DNA of 63,424 nt, the filler included, from Stramenopiles sp. TOSAG23-2 (Eukaryota), in assembly GCA_900128395.1 (NCBI GenBank). It is 6 parts of 6 records of this genome, joined end to end, with 100 filler letters (N's around TTAATTAATTAA, not from the genome) between each part and the next. Parts side by side here need not be neighbours in the genome. Positions count along the whole stretch, not along the records: positions 1 to 28,322 come from LT649403.1; positions 28,423 to 56,626 come from LT649404.1; 4 more parts are not named here. One strand, written 5' to 3'. The notes under the pieces were generated by a model that saw nothing but the letters and a program-made list of their open reading frames with translations, searched no databases and had not been told where the DNA came from. Positions 20,960 through 33,900 of this stretch are shown one piece after another; within the stretch, counting starts at the first letter, position 1, and the number at the start of each line of letters is the position of its first letter. Made by a program: the position numbers and the translations under genes.

Positions 20960-23044
20960 TTATCTTCCAAGTAAATTTAAAAGTGCGCTTACTCCCTCTC
21001 CACATGTTGATTTATCATTATCACTCCCTGTCTCCTTCTTATTTGATTTTTTCTTCAGCTGTCGCCTTGCTTTAATTTTCTTGCTTCTATCCATCCATTG
21101 TAACCAAACAGCAATTGCATCACTAGTATATTTTGCCATGCCAATTGTTGCCAATTCACCTAATCGACTTGTTACATCATCTTCAACAGACATGAATTCT
21201 GTATCATTATCATTACGAAATGATTTTTCTAATGCTAACAATAATTTTGCAGCTTCTTTTAATATTTCTACATTATCAATTTTTGATGGAAAATATAGTC
21301 CTTTTAGTGCTTCAATCGAAACTACTTCAGGTTTAATACGTTCTAGTATTCTACCATACGCACATTTAATAGATTGTTCTTGTTGGATATTAGATTTATT
21401 GATTGATATACGATTCGGATGCTGCCTCAATCCAAGTAATATATGGCCTAGATTCATTACCTTGCAATGTGAATTTTCTAATTTTTCAAACCAACAAGCA
21501 TAATCTTCAATACAACTGAAGGTGCTATCTTCTGGATACCCTTTAAATAATATGCCTTCATCAGCATCATCAAAAAATACTTTACGACGCAACATAATAG
21601 TAGGATGTGCAATAGAACAAAAGAAGAACATACTCCAATTTACGAGCATATGATTAGTTGGGTTCATAATGCCTGTTCCAATGATATCGTAAGTTGGATT
21701 CATTTTAAATGCGTTTATTTGATACCAAAATCTTTCTGGGTGTGCAATATCATCACTATCCATGCGTACAATAAACTTTCCTTTACTTCGTTTAATACCT
21801 ACATTTAAACTGCGTGCTATACCAATATTGTTTTCATTTTGAATCACTACTATGCGTTTATCTTTCTTTAAATATACATTTAATATATCGTTGGTTTCAT
21901 CAATAGAGCCATCATTCACAATGATAAATTCAAATTTAGTATATGTTTGGCATAAAATACTATCGATTGCTTGTTCTAAATATTTTGCACCGTTATATAC
22001 GCACATAATCACAGAAAGAAATTCCTCCTCGTCATTAGCGTCATAAGAATTGTTAGTTGATGTTTCTTGTAAGTACAGTTCACCGATATGAACACTGGGA
22101 AAACAGTTTTGTTTATATTTTACTCTATTCAATAATAAATTACGATTTTTTATATATTGATTTTCTAATAGATTTGCATCATTCGCTGTGCCATATATAG
22201 CATTTTGAAAAACATCTTGTACACGATTCACGGTCAATACAGACATTATTGGTAAAGTAGGACAAGCACATAGCGGATACATTTTTACAAAGTTAATCTT
22301 GTGGTTTTCATCGGTTGCTGATTTTTTCCCTTTTTTTAATACTTTGTTTCCATTCACTTCAAGTAAATTAGGGTGCGAGTATCCCTTTTTTCCAAATTTT
22401 GCTTCAATTCTTTCCATAATAGCGGCAATATGTGTTCTTCTATATATGGAGCAGCATAAATCAAATGGATAATTCCAATCAGCTGTACCTTCGCTGCGAT
22501 CGAAAAACGCCAAGTTGATGGTATTTTTAAATGTCTGATTCAAACTTGTAAAAAAAGTAGGTCTTGCTGCTTTTGCATTTTTTGGGTGGCAATATGTTAC
22601 GTTTGGATTTAATTTTAAATGCACCGAAAATAATTTCGATCCATTCTTTGCATCATCGTACACATTTGAAATCAAATTTAAAGATATATCTTGATAAAAT
22701 AGCACATCATCAACAGCAAAGATTATATAAATATTTTTGTTAATAGCACCAAAAGTATTATTAACCATTTGTTCCAATTGAAGTGAAAAATCTTCTCGAT
22801 TTTTCTCTTTAATAAAGTTAACATTTGGATACGACTTTATAACATGATCATACGATTCTTCGTATGTTTCACTAGTATTATCACCCTCCTTGTCTGTGAA
22901 TGTATATAATACATTGACAATTAATGAAATCTTTTCGTCATCGCATTTTAAATGCGCGTAAACTGACGATAAGAATTGACTTAATTGAAATGGTCGATCT
23001 TTTGAAAAGCATATTATATTAAATAATTGATTTGTTGTACCCAT
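20960..23044 (-). CDS. Bipartite glycosyltransferase: N-terminal GT-A-like domain + GT2 domain
   Basis: C-half has SVIMCVYNG, IIVNDGSID, RMDSDD, HPT and EDY (GT2). N-half has FSKDRPFQL and FAVDD, consistent with a second GT-A-like fold. Confidence 0.88.
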   Translation of the reverse strand: MGTTNQLFNIICFSKDRPFQLSQFLSSVYAHLKCDDEKISLIVNVLYTFTDKEGDNTSETYEESYDHVIKSYPNVNFIKEKNREDFSLQLEQMVNNTFGAINKNIYIIFAVDDVLFYQDISLNLISNVYDDAKNGSKLFSVHLKLNPNVTYCHPKNAKAARPTFFTSLNQTFKNTINLAFFDRSEGTADWNYPFDLCCSIYRRTHIAAIMERIEAKFGKKGYSHPNLLEVNGNKVLKKGKKSATDENHKINFVKMYPLCACPTLPIMSVLTVNRVQDVFQNAIYGTANDANLLENQYIKNRNLLLNRVKYKQNCFPSVHIGELYLQETSTNNSYDANDEEEFLSVIMCVYNGAKYLEQAIDSILCQTYTKFEFIIVNDGSIDETNDILNVYLKKDKRIVVIQNENNIGIARSLNVGIKRSKGKFIVRMDSDDIAHPERFWYQINAFKMNPTYDIIGTGIMNPTNHMLVNWSMFFFCSIAHPTIMLRRKVFFDDADEGILFKGYPEDSTFSCIEDYACWFEKLENSHCKVMNLGHILLGLRQHPNRISINKSNIQQEQSIKCAYGRILERIKPEVVSIEALKGLYFPSKIDNVEILKEAAKLLLALEKSFRNDNDTEFMSVEDDVTSRLGELATIGMAKYTSDAIAVWLQWMDRSKKIKARRQLKKKSNKKETGSDNDKSTCGEGVSALLNLLGR

Positions 23045-23604
23045 GAATCACTTAAAGTTTTTAAAATGATAAAATTTTCAGATGCAAAGGAGCCGGTGTT
23101 TTTCAATTATTTATCTTCGTTACTCATATGTATATAATATAATATATTATACACACACACTTGTTAATGTTTTCCAATATATATAAATGTCTATAGATAT
23201 ATCGTATAATAATTCTCAATTGTTTCAATTTATTATATTATTATTACTACTACTAGTTTTACAGTATCCTTCACACTTGTTAATGTTTTCCAATATATAT
23301 ATATATTATATAATAATATATGTCGTTCTATCGTTGCACAATCATGATGACCAGCTATAGTAGAAATAGGGTGGATTAAGCGATTAAAAAGCACTACTAA
23401 TTATACACACATATATTAGCTTATACCAATATACATCTAAAAATGTATATACATAGTAGACGACTGTTTAAAAGATTGTAGTACAAATATATAATATCGG
23501 GGTAATTCATTAGAAATTTAATTAGCAACAACCATTATACGTTTATACATACATCACGCATAAATAATTTATATACAGGCACAAACACATATAAATAATC
23601 CATC

Positions 23605-26600
23605 ATGTTTTCTGAACGAATATGGAATAATAATAATCATTCGAAACAATATCCATTTGATGTGAACCAATATTTAAGAATATTATACGGCCCATCTTCA
23701 ATAGATAGAACTCAAATAAGTCGTCAAACAGCCAGTGAACAGTTGCTGCTCTTTCAAAAAGATAAACTAGCATGGATATATGTAAAAGATATGATCAATA
23801 AGATAAAAGATGCACCAATTGCTAATCACGAAGCATATTACCAAGCATATTATGGTGCATCTACATTATATTGGAAAATTATCAATGAAGGAGATCAACT
23901 AGCTATTGACGATCGAATTTTTTTATCTAATTCAATTTATGCGTGTATTTTGCAGATGAAATGCGTCCATCTCACTCAATATTCAAGTATTTTAAAACGT
24001 CTATGTCTAGCTCATGTACATTTATCCTTGCAAAATATCATTAATGAAAAAATATTAAACGCCTCTTTTAATGCCCCATTTAAGCTACTTGAAATAAGCA
24101 GTAGTAAAATGACAGAAGAAAATTTCAACGATAAAGTAATAACTTGGTTACATATTGTATTGAACGAATCAAACAGCTATTTATATGAAAAAAAAGCAAA
24201 TAATAATGATGATAATGAAGGGGCAAACGTAAACAATTTATTAATGTTAGAAAAGTACGTAGACGCATTAAAGTCGCATGGAGCAACCGTGGCAATATTT
24301 ATTAGTAAATGTGTTGAAAGTTTATTGCAAACTAATCATATTTCCGAAACAGTAAAACTATCAAATCAGAAAAAAATGTTAAATTGTATCAACACTTGGA
24401 TATTAGACGGTGATATTTCCCCACAATGCATCGCTGAATCTACTAATTTGATTCAAATTGCACTATCATTAAATTCAATAGAGAACGTAGAGTTATTAGA
24501 AAATCTTATATTGAATTATAGCCGATGTGAATTGGATTATTATGTACATAAGCAAATTATTGAAGGTATTCATATATTACATCTGAAATGGCTTGAAATG
24601 TATACAAAACAACAGCAAGTACATAAATTATCTAATAATAATAATATGAATGATGATAGTGCTCAGCATCAGCAATTGTATTACAGTCTTGAAAAAATTC
24701 TAGGTAGGGCATATTTGTCAATCGATGAAGCGTATGCCTGGCTAAAAGATTTAAGCAAAAATGATGATAGTTTTATTCGATTGAAAATGGAGATGGTACA
24801 ATTCAATATTAGCAATTTATCCAATAAAATTCATTCATTTGAAAATGCAAATATGGCATTGACATTTTTTGATAATTTTGGGGATAACCCAATACTAACC
24901 CAACACGCAAATTTTTACGATAATTTTATACAATTATTAGTAAATGCATGTAGTATGTTGCATTTGTGTCATTTGGAAGATTTTAATTTTGAAGGATTAG
25001 ATGAAGTAGAAGCATTTCATTTCTTTCGTTCCCATGCTCGAGAGACTATGTTGTTGATTGCATCTTCTTGGACTAATGTAAATGCATATAAATGTTTGCA
25101 ATCGATTGTATCGTTATTGAATAATATAGAATCAACGGAAAGTGCTGAAAGTATTTTCTGGTTATTGCATGAATTAGATGATGCATGTAATACTATTGAT
25201 GGAGATGATGAAAATATGAATGAAAATTCCATTCGTGCCGATGAAAGTATACAATTATGGACCCAATTGTACACAGGCATACTGTCATTGCCATCTTTTC
25301 AACAACCGATAACAATGCTTCGTAGCATATACCAGCTAATAGAAAAAAATAATGATAGTGTCATATGTTATTTTAACGCATCTACCATCATCCAACAATT
25401 AATCGAGCTTTTAATCAAAGAATTATATTATCAACCACATCAATCAGTACAAGTGCATTGTGCACGATCATTGTATTATTTATTAAGTAATGTAAAAATT
25501 TGTAAAAAACTAAATCAAGAATGCGACGTAACATTTATTCACGATGTTGTTAAATTTTTCATCGAGAAGGAAAATGCGAATAACAATGTTAATATTGAAG
25601 TTCGAAGATATATCTATTGTAGTATTGTATCTTTGATAAAATATTATTATTCAAATACAAATAATAATGCAAATGATGGTAGTGTTATAATGGGATATTT
25701 AAAATGCATATTTTCATCTATGTGTAACCGTTTGAAATCCATTGCGAGTAATGCTAATCAATGTAACACTGCTCCAGCGCTGCATAGTGTGATGGAATCC
25801 TTTTTTTCGGAGATGAATATGATAAATGATACTTTAAGTACAATGGCATATGACATAAATATTATTGAAGATGATAACTACAATGTTTTATCGGTAATAC
25901 AAAAAATGGAACATTTATATACAACATGTATATTAGATGATGTGATATTTTCGGTACTAAAATTAGTTTCAGAAACTCCCACTATCACAAGCAATAAATT
26001 ATATTGGATAAAGATGGAGCAACAATTTTTGAAACTATATTTACACGTAATTGAAGCAAGTGGAATGGCTATTTTCCAGTTGAAAACATTAGAAATCATA
26101 TTCACAAATACAATGAAAATATTCAATGATAATCATTCCAATGCTAGTTTAAAAGCAGGGCATGTAGAAACATTAAATATGGTGCAAAAATCAACGATTG
26201 AAAATTATAGTAACATCTTAAAATTTTCAGGTACAAATAACATCACCGCTTGTAGTAATGCCATAAGTCGTGTTTATGAATTTGTCTGGGCTCTAAACTC
26301 ATATTTAATGCCAAATTTGTCACATTTTATTTTTCAATATCAACAACAAGGAATTGGCAACAACGATGGTATGCCATTACTACCATCTGTGGATTCATAT
26401 ACGACGTTTTTAAGTGTAATAGATGAAATAACCTATATACCATTGAATAACTCTCGTTTATTAGAATTTAGTAAATTGAATGATTTGTTATTGAATGGCT
26501 TGAATTTGTCGATGTATATGTTGGAATATATTTGTGTTCTTTGTAAATCAAATTATCAACGTTTACAACGTGATCAAATAGGAAGAAAAATTATAAATAC

Positions 26601-26961
26601 ATATATTCGTATATATGAATATTACATTCAATGTAATCTTTTATGTGGCAATAATTTTAATATGGAGCTTTTGAATAAGAACTTGGAAATAACATTAAAT
26701 AAATTGTTGCTTCCTGCAATGTGGAATAAATTGACTGTAATATTGCAAAATAACATTGCACGATTAGTACATAGCATTTGCGGCAATAATGATGATAATA
26801 ATGAGAACAATCGATCTCTAGTATCAGAATTTCTATTAGCAAAGAATCAAGTGTTGCAGAAGATTTTTTTTATCGGTGGCGGGATGAATGGCATGCCAAA
26901 TCGTATAGTACCAAGAAGAAAACTATTGAAATTTATGAAGAAATATGTGAAAAGTTTGTAA
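23605..26961 (+). CDS. Divergent importin-beta family (transportin-SR/importin-13-like) HEAT protein
   Basis: The N-terminus (ASEQLLLFQKDKLAW...YYGASTLYWKI...LKRLCLA) matches the importin-beta N-terminal pattern. 1118 aa, predominantly helical composition. Confidence 0.6.
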   Translation: MFSERIWNNNNHSKQYPFDVNQYLRILYGPSSIDRTQISRQTASEQLLLFQKDKLAWIYVKDMINKIKDAPIANHEAYYQAYYGASTLYWKIINEGDQLAIDDRIFLSNSIYACILQMKCVHLTQYSSILKRLCLAHVHLSLQNIINEKILNASFNAPFKLLEISSSKMTEENFNDKVITWLHIVLNESNSYLYEKKANNNDDNEGANVNNLLMLEKYVDALKSHGATVAIFISKCVESLLQTNHISETVKLSNQKKMLNCINTWILDGDISPQCIAESTNLIQIALSLNSIENVELLENLILNYSRCELDYYVHKQIIEGIHILHLKWLEMYTKQQQVHKLSNNNNMNDDSAQHQQLYYSLEKILGRAYLSIDEAYAWLKDLSKNDDSFIRLKMEMVQFNISNLSNKIHSFENANMALTFFDNFGDNPILTQHANFYDNFIQLLVNACSMLHLCHLEDFNFEGLDEVEAFHFFRSHARETMLLIASSWTNVNAYKCLQSIVSLLNNIESTESAESIFWLLHELDDACNTIDGDDENMNENSIRADESIQLWTQLYTGILSLPSFQQPITMLRSIYQLIEKNNDSVICYFNASTIIQQLIELLIKELYYQPHQSVQVHCARSLYYLLSNVKICKKLNQECDVTFIHDVVKFFIEKENANNNVNIEVRRYIYCSIVSLIKYYYSNTNNNANDGSVIMGYLKCIFSSMCNRLKSIASNANQCNTAPALHSVMESFFSEMNMINDTLSTMAYDINIIEDDNYNVLSVIQKMEHLYTTCILDDVIFSVLKLVSETPTITSNKLYWIKMEQQFLKLYLHVIEASGMAIFQLKTLEIIFTNTMKIFNDNHSNASLKAGHVETLNMVQKSTIENYSNILKFSGTNNITACSNAISRVYEFVWALNSYLMPNLSHFIFQYQQQGIGNNDGMPLLPSVDSYTTFLSVIDEITYIPLNNSRLLEFSKLNDLLLNGLNLSMYMLEYICVLCKSNYQRLQRDQIGRKIINTYIRIYEYYIQCNLLCGNNFNMELLNKNLEITLNKLLLPAMWNKLTVILQNNIARLVHSICGNNDDNNENNRSLVSEFLLAKNQVLQKIFFIGGGMNGMPNRIVPRRKLLKFMKKYVKSL

Positions 26962-28322
26962 AAATTTTTGCTTTTAAAAATAAAAAAATATATTATATTC
27001 TAAATTATACGCGCTCGTATTTTTTTTTTTTATATTTTTTACAAAAGTAAAATTATATGTAATTATATCTAGATAATATGTTTTATTAATTTCGTATATG
27101 ATATACGTACGTAGAGAGGATCCGCTCTAGATATACGGCGGTAATTTAAAATATTGTGTACGATTCGTAGTTTTTAAAAAATGTACAATATCATATCATC
27201 TTTTTTCAATTTTAGTTTTTCCTTCTACACTGATAAAAAAAATATTACCATTAATACGTATATATATATATATGATATATTTTTTTGGTATTTCGTAAAA
27301 ATAACATTTCGCAAAATGTACTAAGACGGGTCAGTGTGTCATATACGCGTAGTTTTCAATGTTTTACAATGTTTGATATTACTCAATTGGACGAGATTCG
27401 ATTTGATTTCTTCAGAGTCGCATCAATTAAATTTTTTAATTTTCAATTTCATCATCACTATCTTCAGATGCATTAATAACGTTTGTTCTTTTCTCTGTAA
27501 CATTTTCATCGTCATCACTATTCATAATAATCGAAGAGGCAGTTAAAAATAATATTTGTTTTCGTTGTTCATATCCACGGGGTTTTCTTCCATTCAAAAT
27601 ATCAAGAGTGTCGTATCTAGAAATGCTTGTGTACGGCGATGCGTTGTTAATTTTACTTTTTTTATTGCGACGATTATTTTTTTGTTTTTCATTTTTTTGA
27701 TTATCAACATTCAATACTTGTTTTTTATTTGTTTTCGTATCATTATTTTTTTTCATGTTTTTACGTTTTTGTTTTATCTTCTTTTTCTTCTTTTAAAATG
27801 ATCTGGATTGTGTTCGTTTGTTTTTTTTTTCTTTCATTTCATTTCCTTTTGTTCTTTTTCTATTTCTTCTTTGTTGATTTGATTATATGAGTATAAATGT
27901 GTAAATGTGTACGAGTCGCCTGGATGGAGTTCCAGAGTTCATCAAATTAAAAAATATCAAATGAAGTATTGTCATGCTATATCCATGGTAGCGTATAGGC
28001 ATCATACTGTACTTGGTAGCTGTAGGTAGTAATTATAGTGCAGCGAACTTTTACAAGTATTATAATTACCTCTTCTTATTCTCCTCATCAAAAATTATTA
28101 TAATAATGAATGAATAATTAATTTAATTAATAATAAATTAGATACATCACCAAATGATATACTATACACAAGCAAATCAGGAAATAGAAAAGAAGAGGCA
28201 CATAAAATAGAATATACATATATTGAACAAACATATACGACAAACATTACTGAAGAAAAGGAAACTTAAAATATAAAGCAGGCTTAAGCAATTTTCATAA
28301 TAATTTCATTAGAGGGAGAAAA

Positions 28323-28422
28323 NNNNNNNNNNNNNNNNNNNNNNNNNNNNNNNNNNNNNNNNNNNNTTAATTAATTAANNNNNNNNNNNNNNNNNNNNNN
28401 NNNNNNNNNNNNNNNNNNNNNN
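28323..28422. other. Assembly gap with TTAATTAATTAA linker
   Basis: N44-TTAATTAATTAA-N44; the linker puts stops in all six frames. Confidence 0.99.
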
Positions 28423-28651
28423 CTATTTAAAATAGTGGAAAAAGTGTCAAAATATGAAAAAAATAACACTATTCATAATGGATGTTGGCGTTCTGGACCA
28501 GAGTAATGGCACCATGTGTGCATGATGTGCGCATTCCAGCATTTAATTATTTTTATATCTTTATAGTAATATTATACTTCCGTATATATTTAAAGGGTAC
28601 AGAGTTAAAAACATTACAAATTGTATTACTTTTTTGTTCGTACTATTCTTT

Positions 28652-30173
28652 TTATGTTTCGGGTGTTTTTTTACTCTCATCTACCTCGTCATTTCCATCA
28701 ACTGATTCAGGTGGCAAGGAACTTTTTATTGAACTTTTTGAACTATTTACAGATGATGCATGGGATGCTGCACTTGTTGGTCTACTACTACCTTTACTAC
28801 TTCTTCTGGACTTTTTACTTTTTTTACTACTTTTACTGCTTCTGCTGCTTTTGCTGCTTTTGCTGCTTTTGCTGCTTTTGCTGCTTTTACTTTTGTTTGA
28901 TTTTTTTGTACCACTGCTGACATATGAACTAACTGTAACATTGTCTTGTAAATGCGATGCTTCCGTATCGTATGTAGCATTATCATTAAATACTTTTGTT
29001 TGATTTTTTTGTACCACTGCTGACATATGAACTAACTGTAACATTGTCTTGTAAATGCGATGCTTCCGTATCGTATGTAGCATTATCATTAAATTCTTCC
29101 TCTGCTATAAAATTAGGATTACCCATTTCAGAAAACTGTTCTGATTTTGCTGCTTCGTCATCTAATTCATCTTGTATAAATTTCAACGATGGTAACATCA
29201 AAACACCTTTTTTCCCACCATTCTTCTCTTGCTCTCTTTTTTCTTCTTTTTCAATTTGTTTTTGTATTAACCAACTTTTATATCTGTCTCTACTTCCCCA
29301 GATGTTGTCGCAACCAACTAATTTTTCATGCTCCATTAATAAGCTCATAACTCTGCCATCAGAGTAATATAGAAGCGCTTTACCATGCGGTTTGCCATAA
29401 TGCCAACCACCATCATATTCCGTTCCATCTGCAAATGATTTTTTACCTTTACCATGATGTCTGCCTTTAGACCACATGCCCTCATATCTTGCACCATCAT
29501 TCGGCCAATACTTAACACCATACCCTTCCGGTTTATTCATGTTGTACATTCCTTTATATTTTGTTCCATCGATTAGTTTTAACATACCGTTACCGTGCTG
29601 TTCATCCTTGTACCAGTTTCCTTTATAAAAATTACCATTTGCCCAAGTATATTTTCCAATACCGTGACGATAACCACGTTTCCATTTTCCTACATACACA
29701 GCACCATCCGTCCATGTCATTGTGCCTATACCATGTGGCAATCCTCGATCCCAATCGCCTCGGTACTCATTCCCACTCTCCCAGGTATAAACACCTTTTC
29801 CATGACGATAATTATGTTTCCAATCTCCAGCATAACAATCATTATTTACAGCATAAAACGTACCTTTTCCATGATACATATCCATTTCCCAATCTCCATC
29901 GTATTGCTCTCCATTTGCATAGTCCATAACGCCGACACCGTGTTTCAAACCTTTGTCAAAATCTCCATCATATATGTCATCGTTTAAGTATTCCATTCTA
30001 CCTTGCTTTTGTGCGTATCGTTTTACATTGTGCCAATACCCTTCGTACCTCTCGCCACTTTCTAACCAACGTCTTTGGTATGTTACATCTGGTTGAATAA
30101 TTAGAGATTTCCATCCATATTCTTTTACTTGATCATGAAGTGCATCACAGCAATCTAAAATTACATTACACAT
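28652..30173 (-). CDS. MORN-repeat protein with Ser/Lys-rich tail, frameshifted by a 103-bp tandem duplication
   Basis: ORF 28986..30173 has about 10 MORN repeats (YxGxWxxxxxHGxG). Removing one copy of the duplication joins it in frame to the SSK tail of ORF 28652..29089. Confidence 0.85.
28888..29093. repeat. Perfect 103-bp tandem duplication (2 copies)
   Basis: 28888-28990 is identical to 28991-29093. Confidence 0.95.
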
Positions 30174-30910
30174 GGTTTTATGATATATATAGATATCGCA
30201 GAGATAGGGAGATGAATTTAGATTAACATGTTGTTGCTTTTTAAATTACTTAAGAAATTAAATATTGTTAATGTTTTTATTGTATTAGATTAAGATAGAT
30301 ACATCAATAATATATACGTTTTGTTCATGCACTCATCAGACCGCAGCAGAGGCGCTCAGCAGCAGCAGAAAGAATTTTTTCTTCAGACTTATGACTTATT
30401 ATACCACCTGGTGGTAGCTATAATAGTCTACCAATGCACCAGGTGTGGTAATATATTATTATGCACTATATTACTATTGCACTATTTATATTGCATCAGA
30501 GTTTTATTTTTTATACTTTTATATTTTAAAGTATACGATTTTTAAACTACCACCTGGTATGCCTGGTATGCTGTAGCAAGCAAGCAAGCTAAGGCAAGCC
30601 TGGCAAGGCAAAAGGCAAGGAGGTGGCTAAAAGAAATTCACAGTATTTATTATTATAACGACTCTAATAAATTTTCATTATAAATACTCTTTTTACAGAA
30701 GTATGTATACATATATTCATATCTATGCATCGGTATTTATTCTTATTTAAATGTAACACTGCATCTTTCCAGCATCACGTCTTACAAATTAACGTTAAAC
30801 ATCCCACTTTTTTGTTCAAATAGCTAGCCGCAGATGTATATGTAAATATATATACGTCGCAGTAGGTATCACAATCTACAATTAACTAATATTTATAAAA
30901 TAAAAGAACA

Positions 30911-33900
30911 ATGTCAGCGTCTAAAAGTAACAATCCAGTTAAAAGTAGTATTGAAGCTCGAAAAAAGAGGAGAGAAATGCATGGCATAGCTGGGCAGCTA
31001 AGCGCAGCCGGTTATTTACCACCGTTGCCACTTCCTGCTCCAGAGATAGGCTTTGAAGAGGATATACATTTCGGTAATCTAGCATCTGTTAAAAAGGCAT
31101 TAAAACGAAGAGGGTTATCATTAAACTCAATTGGTCTCAGAGGAAAAGATCGTTTGAATCATTTAGTAAAACGACTTCGAATTTCGCTTATTCGAGAAGA
31201 GGAAGCATTAGACGAAGCGGCTCTATGTAAAGAATTGAAAAATAGAGGAGAATCAGTGGTAACAGTTGGGATACTTGGTCGGGAAAGGACTAAAATGTTG
31301 GCTCAACGATTGTATGAATGTCGTCAAAAAGAGCTAATACGTGTACAAGCTAAAGAAAAATTAGATATATGGAAAAATATTGCAGGTGCCAATCCAGAAG
31401 AACGCAAAAAAACATTTCAAGATTACAATAGAAAGAAATACGAAAAGCTACTGAGTGCAGCAATTGCAATTAATAATTATCCAGAGGTACAACGCTTGAT
31501 GGAATTGGGCTGCGATCCAAATTTTGAAACAAAAGGAGGTCACACGGCTTTAAATCAAGCTGCTACTTTTAATAAAATCGAATTAACAAAATGGCTGGTG
31601 AAAAAAGGTGGCGCAGATGTAAATTTTCAATCATCAACCGGTCGTAATCCAATAGTCATCGCATCATTGTTAGGATACACAGAAATGATTCATGTATTAG
31701 TTGAGCTAGGTGCTGATGTTAATTTTGAAACACATGATAGAACCACACCATTAATCGGTGCAGCAAGAGAAGGTAGAGAATCATCTACACTCGTTTTAAT
31801 ACAAGAAGGTGCTAACATTGATAGACAAAATGTCGACGGTACCACCGCATTGATGGTAGCAGCAGAAAGCAAGCAATTGCATGTTTTAAGATTGCTTTTA
31901 CAACATGATGCTGATCCTGATTTATTAGACATTGATGGCAGAGATGCACTTGTAATTTCTCAACTTGCACATGCACATGATTCTTCGCAAATGCTTGCTG
32001 ATTATTTAGGGATAAGTTTGATACCAAAAGGTAGCAACAGTAGACCTAATAGTCGTAGTAATAACACTAAAGATAGAAGACGTAGCTCAATTAAACGCCG
32101 CAGGAAGAAGTCTTTGGCTAGCGAAGATGATAATAACGAAGAAACGAAACAGAAGAAAAAAGGTTTGAGTGTTAAAAAAGTTATGCAAAACGCAATTATT
32201 GGAAATGACTTTGATGCCATATGTCGTCTGATTAGACGTAATTTGGTGAATCCTCATACAGAAACGTTTTCAGGGGAAACTGCATTAATGCGTGCAAGTT
32301 ATTACGGTCGATTAAAGGAAATGGAATTACTATTAGCAATGGGCTCAGAGGTGGATTATCAAAATGGAGATGGAAGAAGTGCTTTAATGTCTGCTGCAAA
32401 AAACAATCAACCTCATGCTATTGAATTATTGATTCAGTGGGGTGCATATATACAATTGCAAGATGCTGATGGTTGGACTGCGTTGATGCTTGCAGCTGAG
32501 AATGGTGGTGCAAAAGCAGTGAAGAAATTACTGGAGCATGGTGCATTTGTCAATCATCGGAATGGATATGGAAAAACTGCATTTGTTGCGGCCATTGGAT
32601 CTGGTCAAGGTGAAACAGCTAGCTTATTGATGCCGCGTGATGCCGCAATGCGTATGTTAGAAGGTACGATTGCCAATTTAGCTCAACGTGGTATATTGGG
32701 TATGGATGATGGGTCAGGGAAAAATGCTGATGTTCAAGAATTAATTGATAAAGGGATACCGAGCGACACACCGTTGCAACCGGAAGATGGTGGAGATGAC
32801 GATGATAATATGAAAATTGATCCAGTGACCAAAGGTATCAAAAAAGTTAGAAATCAAAACGTTACAGAGTTAGTACAAGAAATTGCAGATGACGTTGATG
32901 AAAAGGTTATTGAACGATTGCAACAACAAGCTATCGAGCGTGGGAATATTGAAGCAGCAAGAAAACGTGGGAGACGTGAAGCGGTAACAGACATAGAACA
33001 TAGTCCTTTAAAAAATGTGCCATTTGTTACCGCAAAACACATAGATCCAAAAACATTCACATTTAGTATTGATGTATGCGAAAGTGTTTTGGATGGTATG
33101 CGGGAGCGTCTAGACGGCGTAAAGGCTCGCATGAAAAAGTTAGTAGAAGAAGGTGGTAAGGTTCCTGACAAAAAGTTTGAATATTTTTCCGATCCAGCCG
33201 AGCTGCGTCTTGCTGCATTTTACATTAGTGTTGATGAACCATATTCTGCAGCAAAAATGTTGAAAAAGGCGTTGCAAATGCAACAAGCGCGCTTCGGTGG
33301 AGATCATTTTGAAATTGCGCGTTCGTTAAATATATGGGGTGGCTTATACTCAGCCATGGGCAAATTTGATAAAGCTGTCCTTTTGCATGAAAAGGCACGG
33401 TCTATTTTGATTAGAAATCATGGTTCCATGCATGAAGATGTAGCTACCACATTTCGTTTGTTGATTGAGGCACTGATTGAAAACAAAGAATTCGAACGAG
33501 GCATACAATTATGTAGTGGGCATTTAAATGTATTAAGAAAAAAATTAAATCGACATGATCCATTATGTAAAGATGTGAACAAGCTTGCAAGATTAGTAGA
33601 AAAAAAAATGAAAGAATACAATAAAGAAGAACTTGAATTAAAAGAGAAGAAAATAAGAGATGCAGAACAGCGCCGTCTGAAAGAAATGCGATTAAAAGAA
33701 AAAGAAAGAAAATGGCGAGAAAAACAAAGTCATATGACAGTCCATGAAGCACTTAAAACTGGACTTTCCCCGGAAACGATGGAATTATTAAAAATGGAAT
33801 CGTTTCAAAAATTATTAGCTGAGGACCCACTCTTTCAGAGAATTTTTAAAAAATATTCTCGTTATGCATGGTTTAAAATGGAATTAACTTTTTATTTAGA

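Noticed and set aside
27285-27960. Lys/Asn-rich ORF 27436..27756 as a gene
   Set aside because: Short and low-complexity, with no recognisable domain and broken frames on either side. It may be a decayed gene but cannot be supported.
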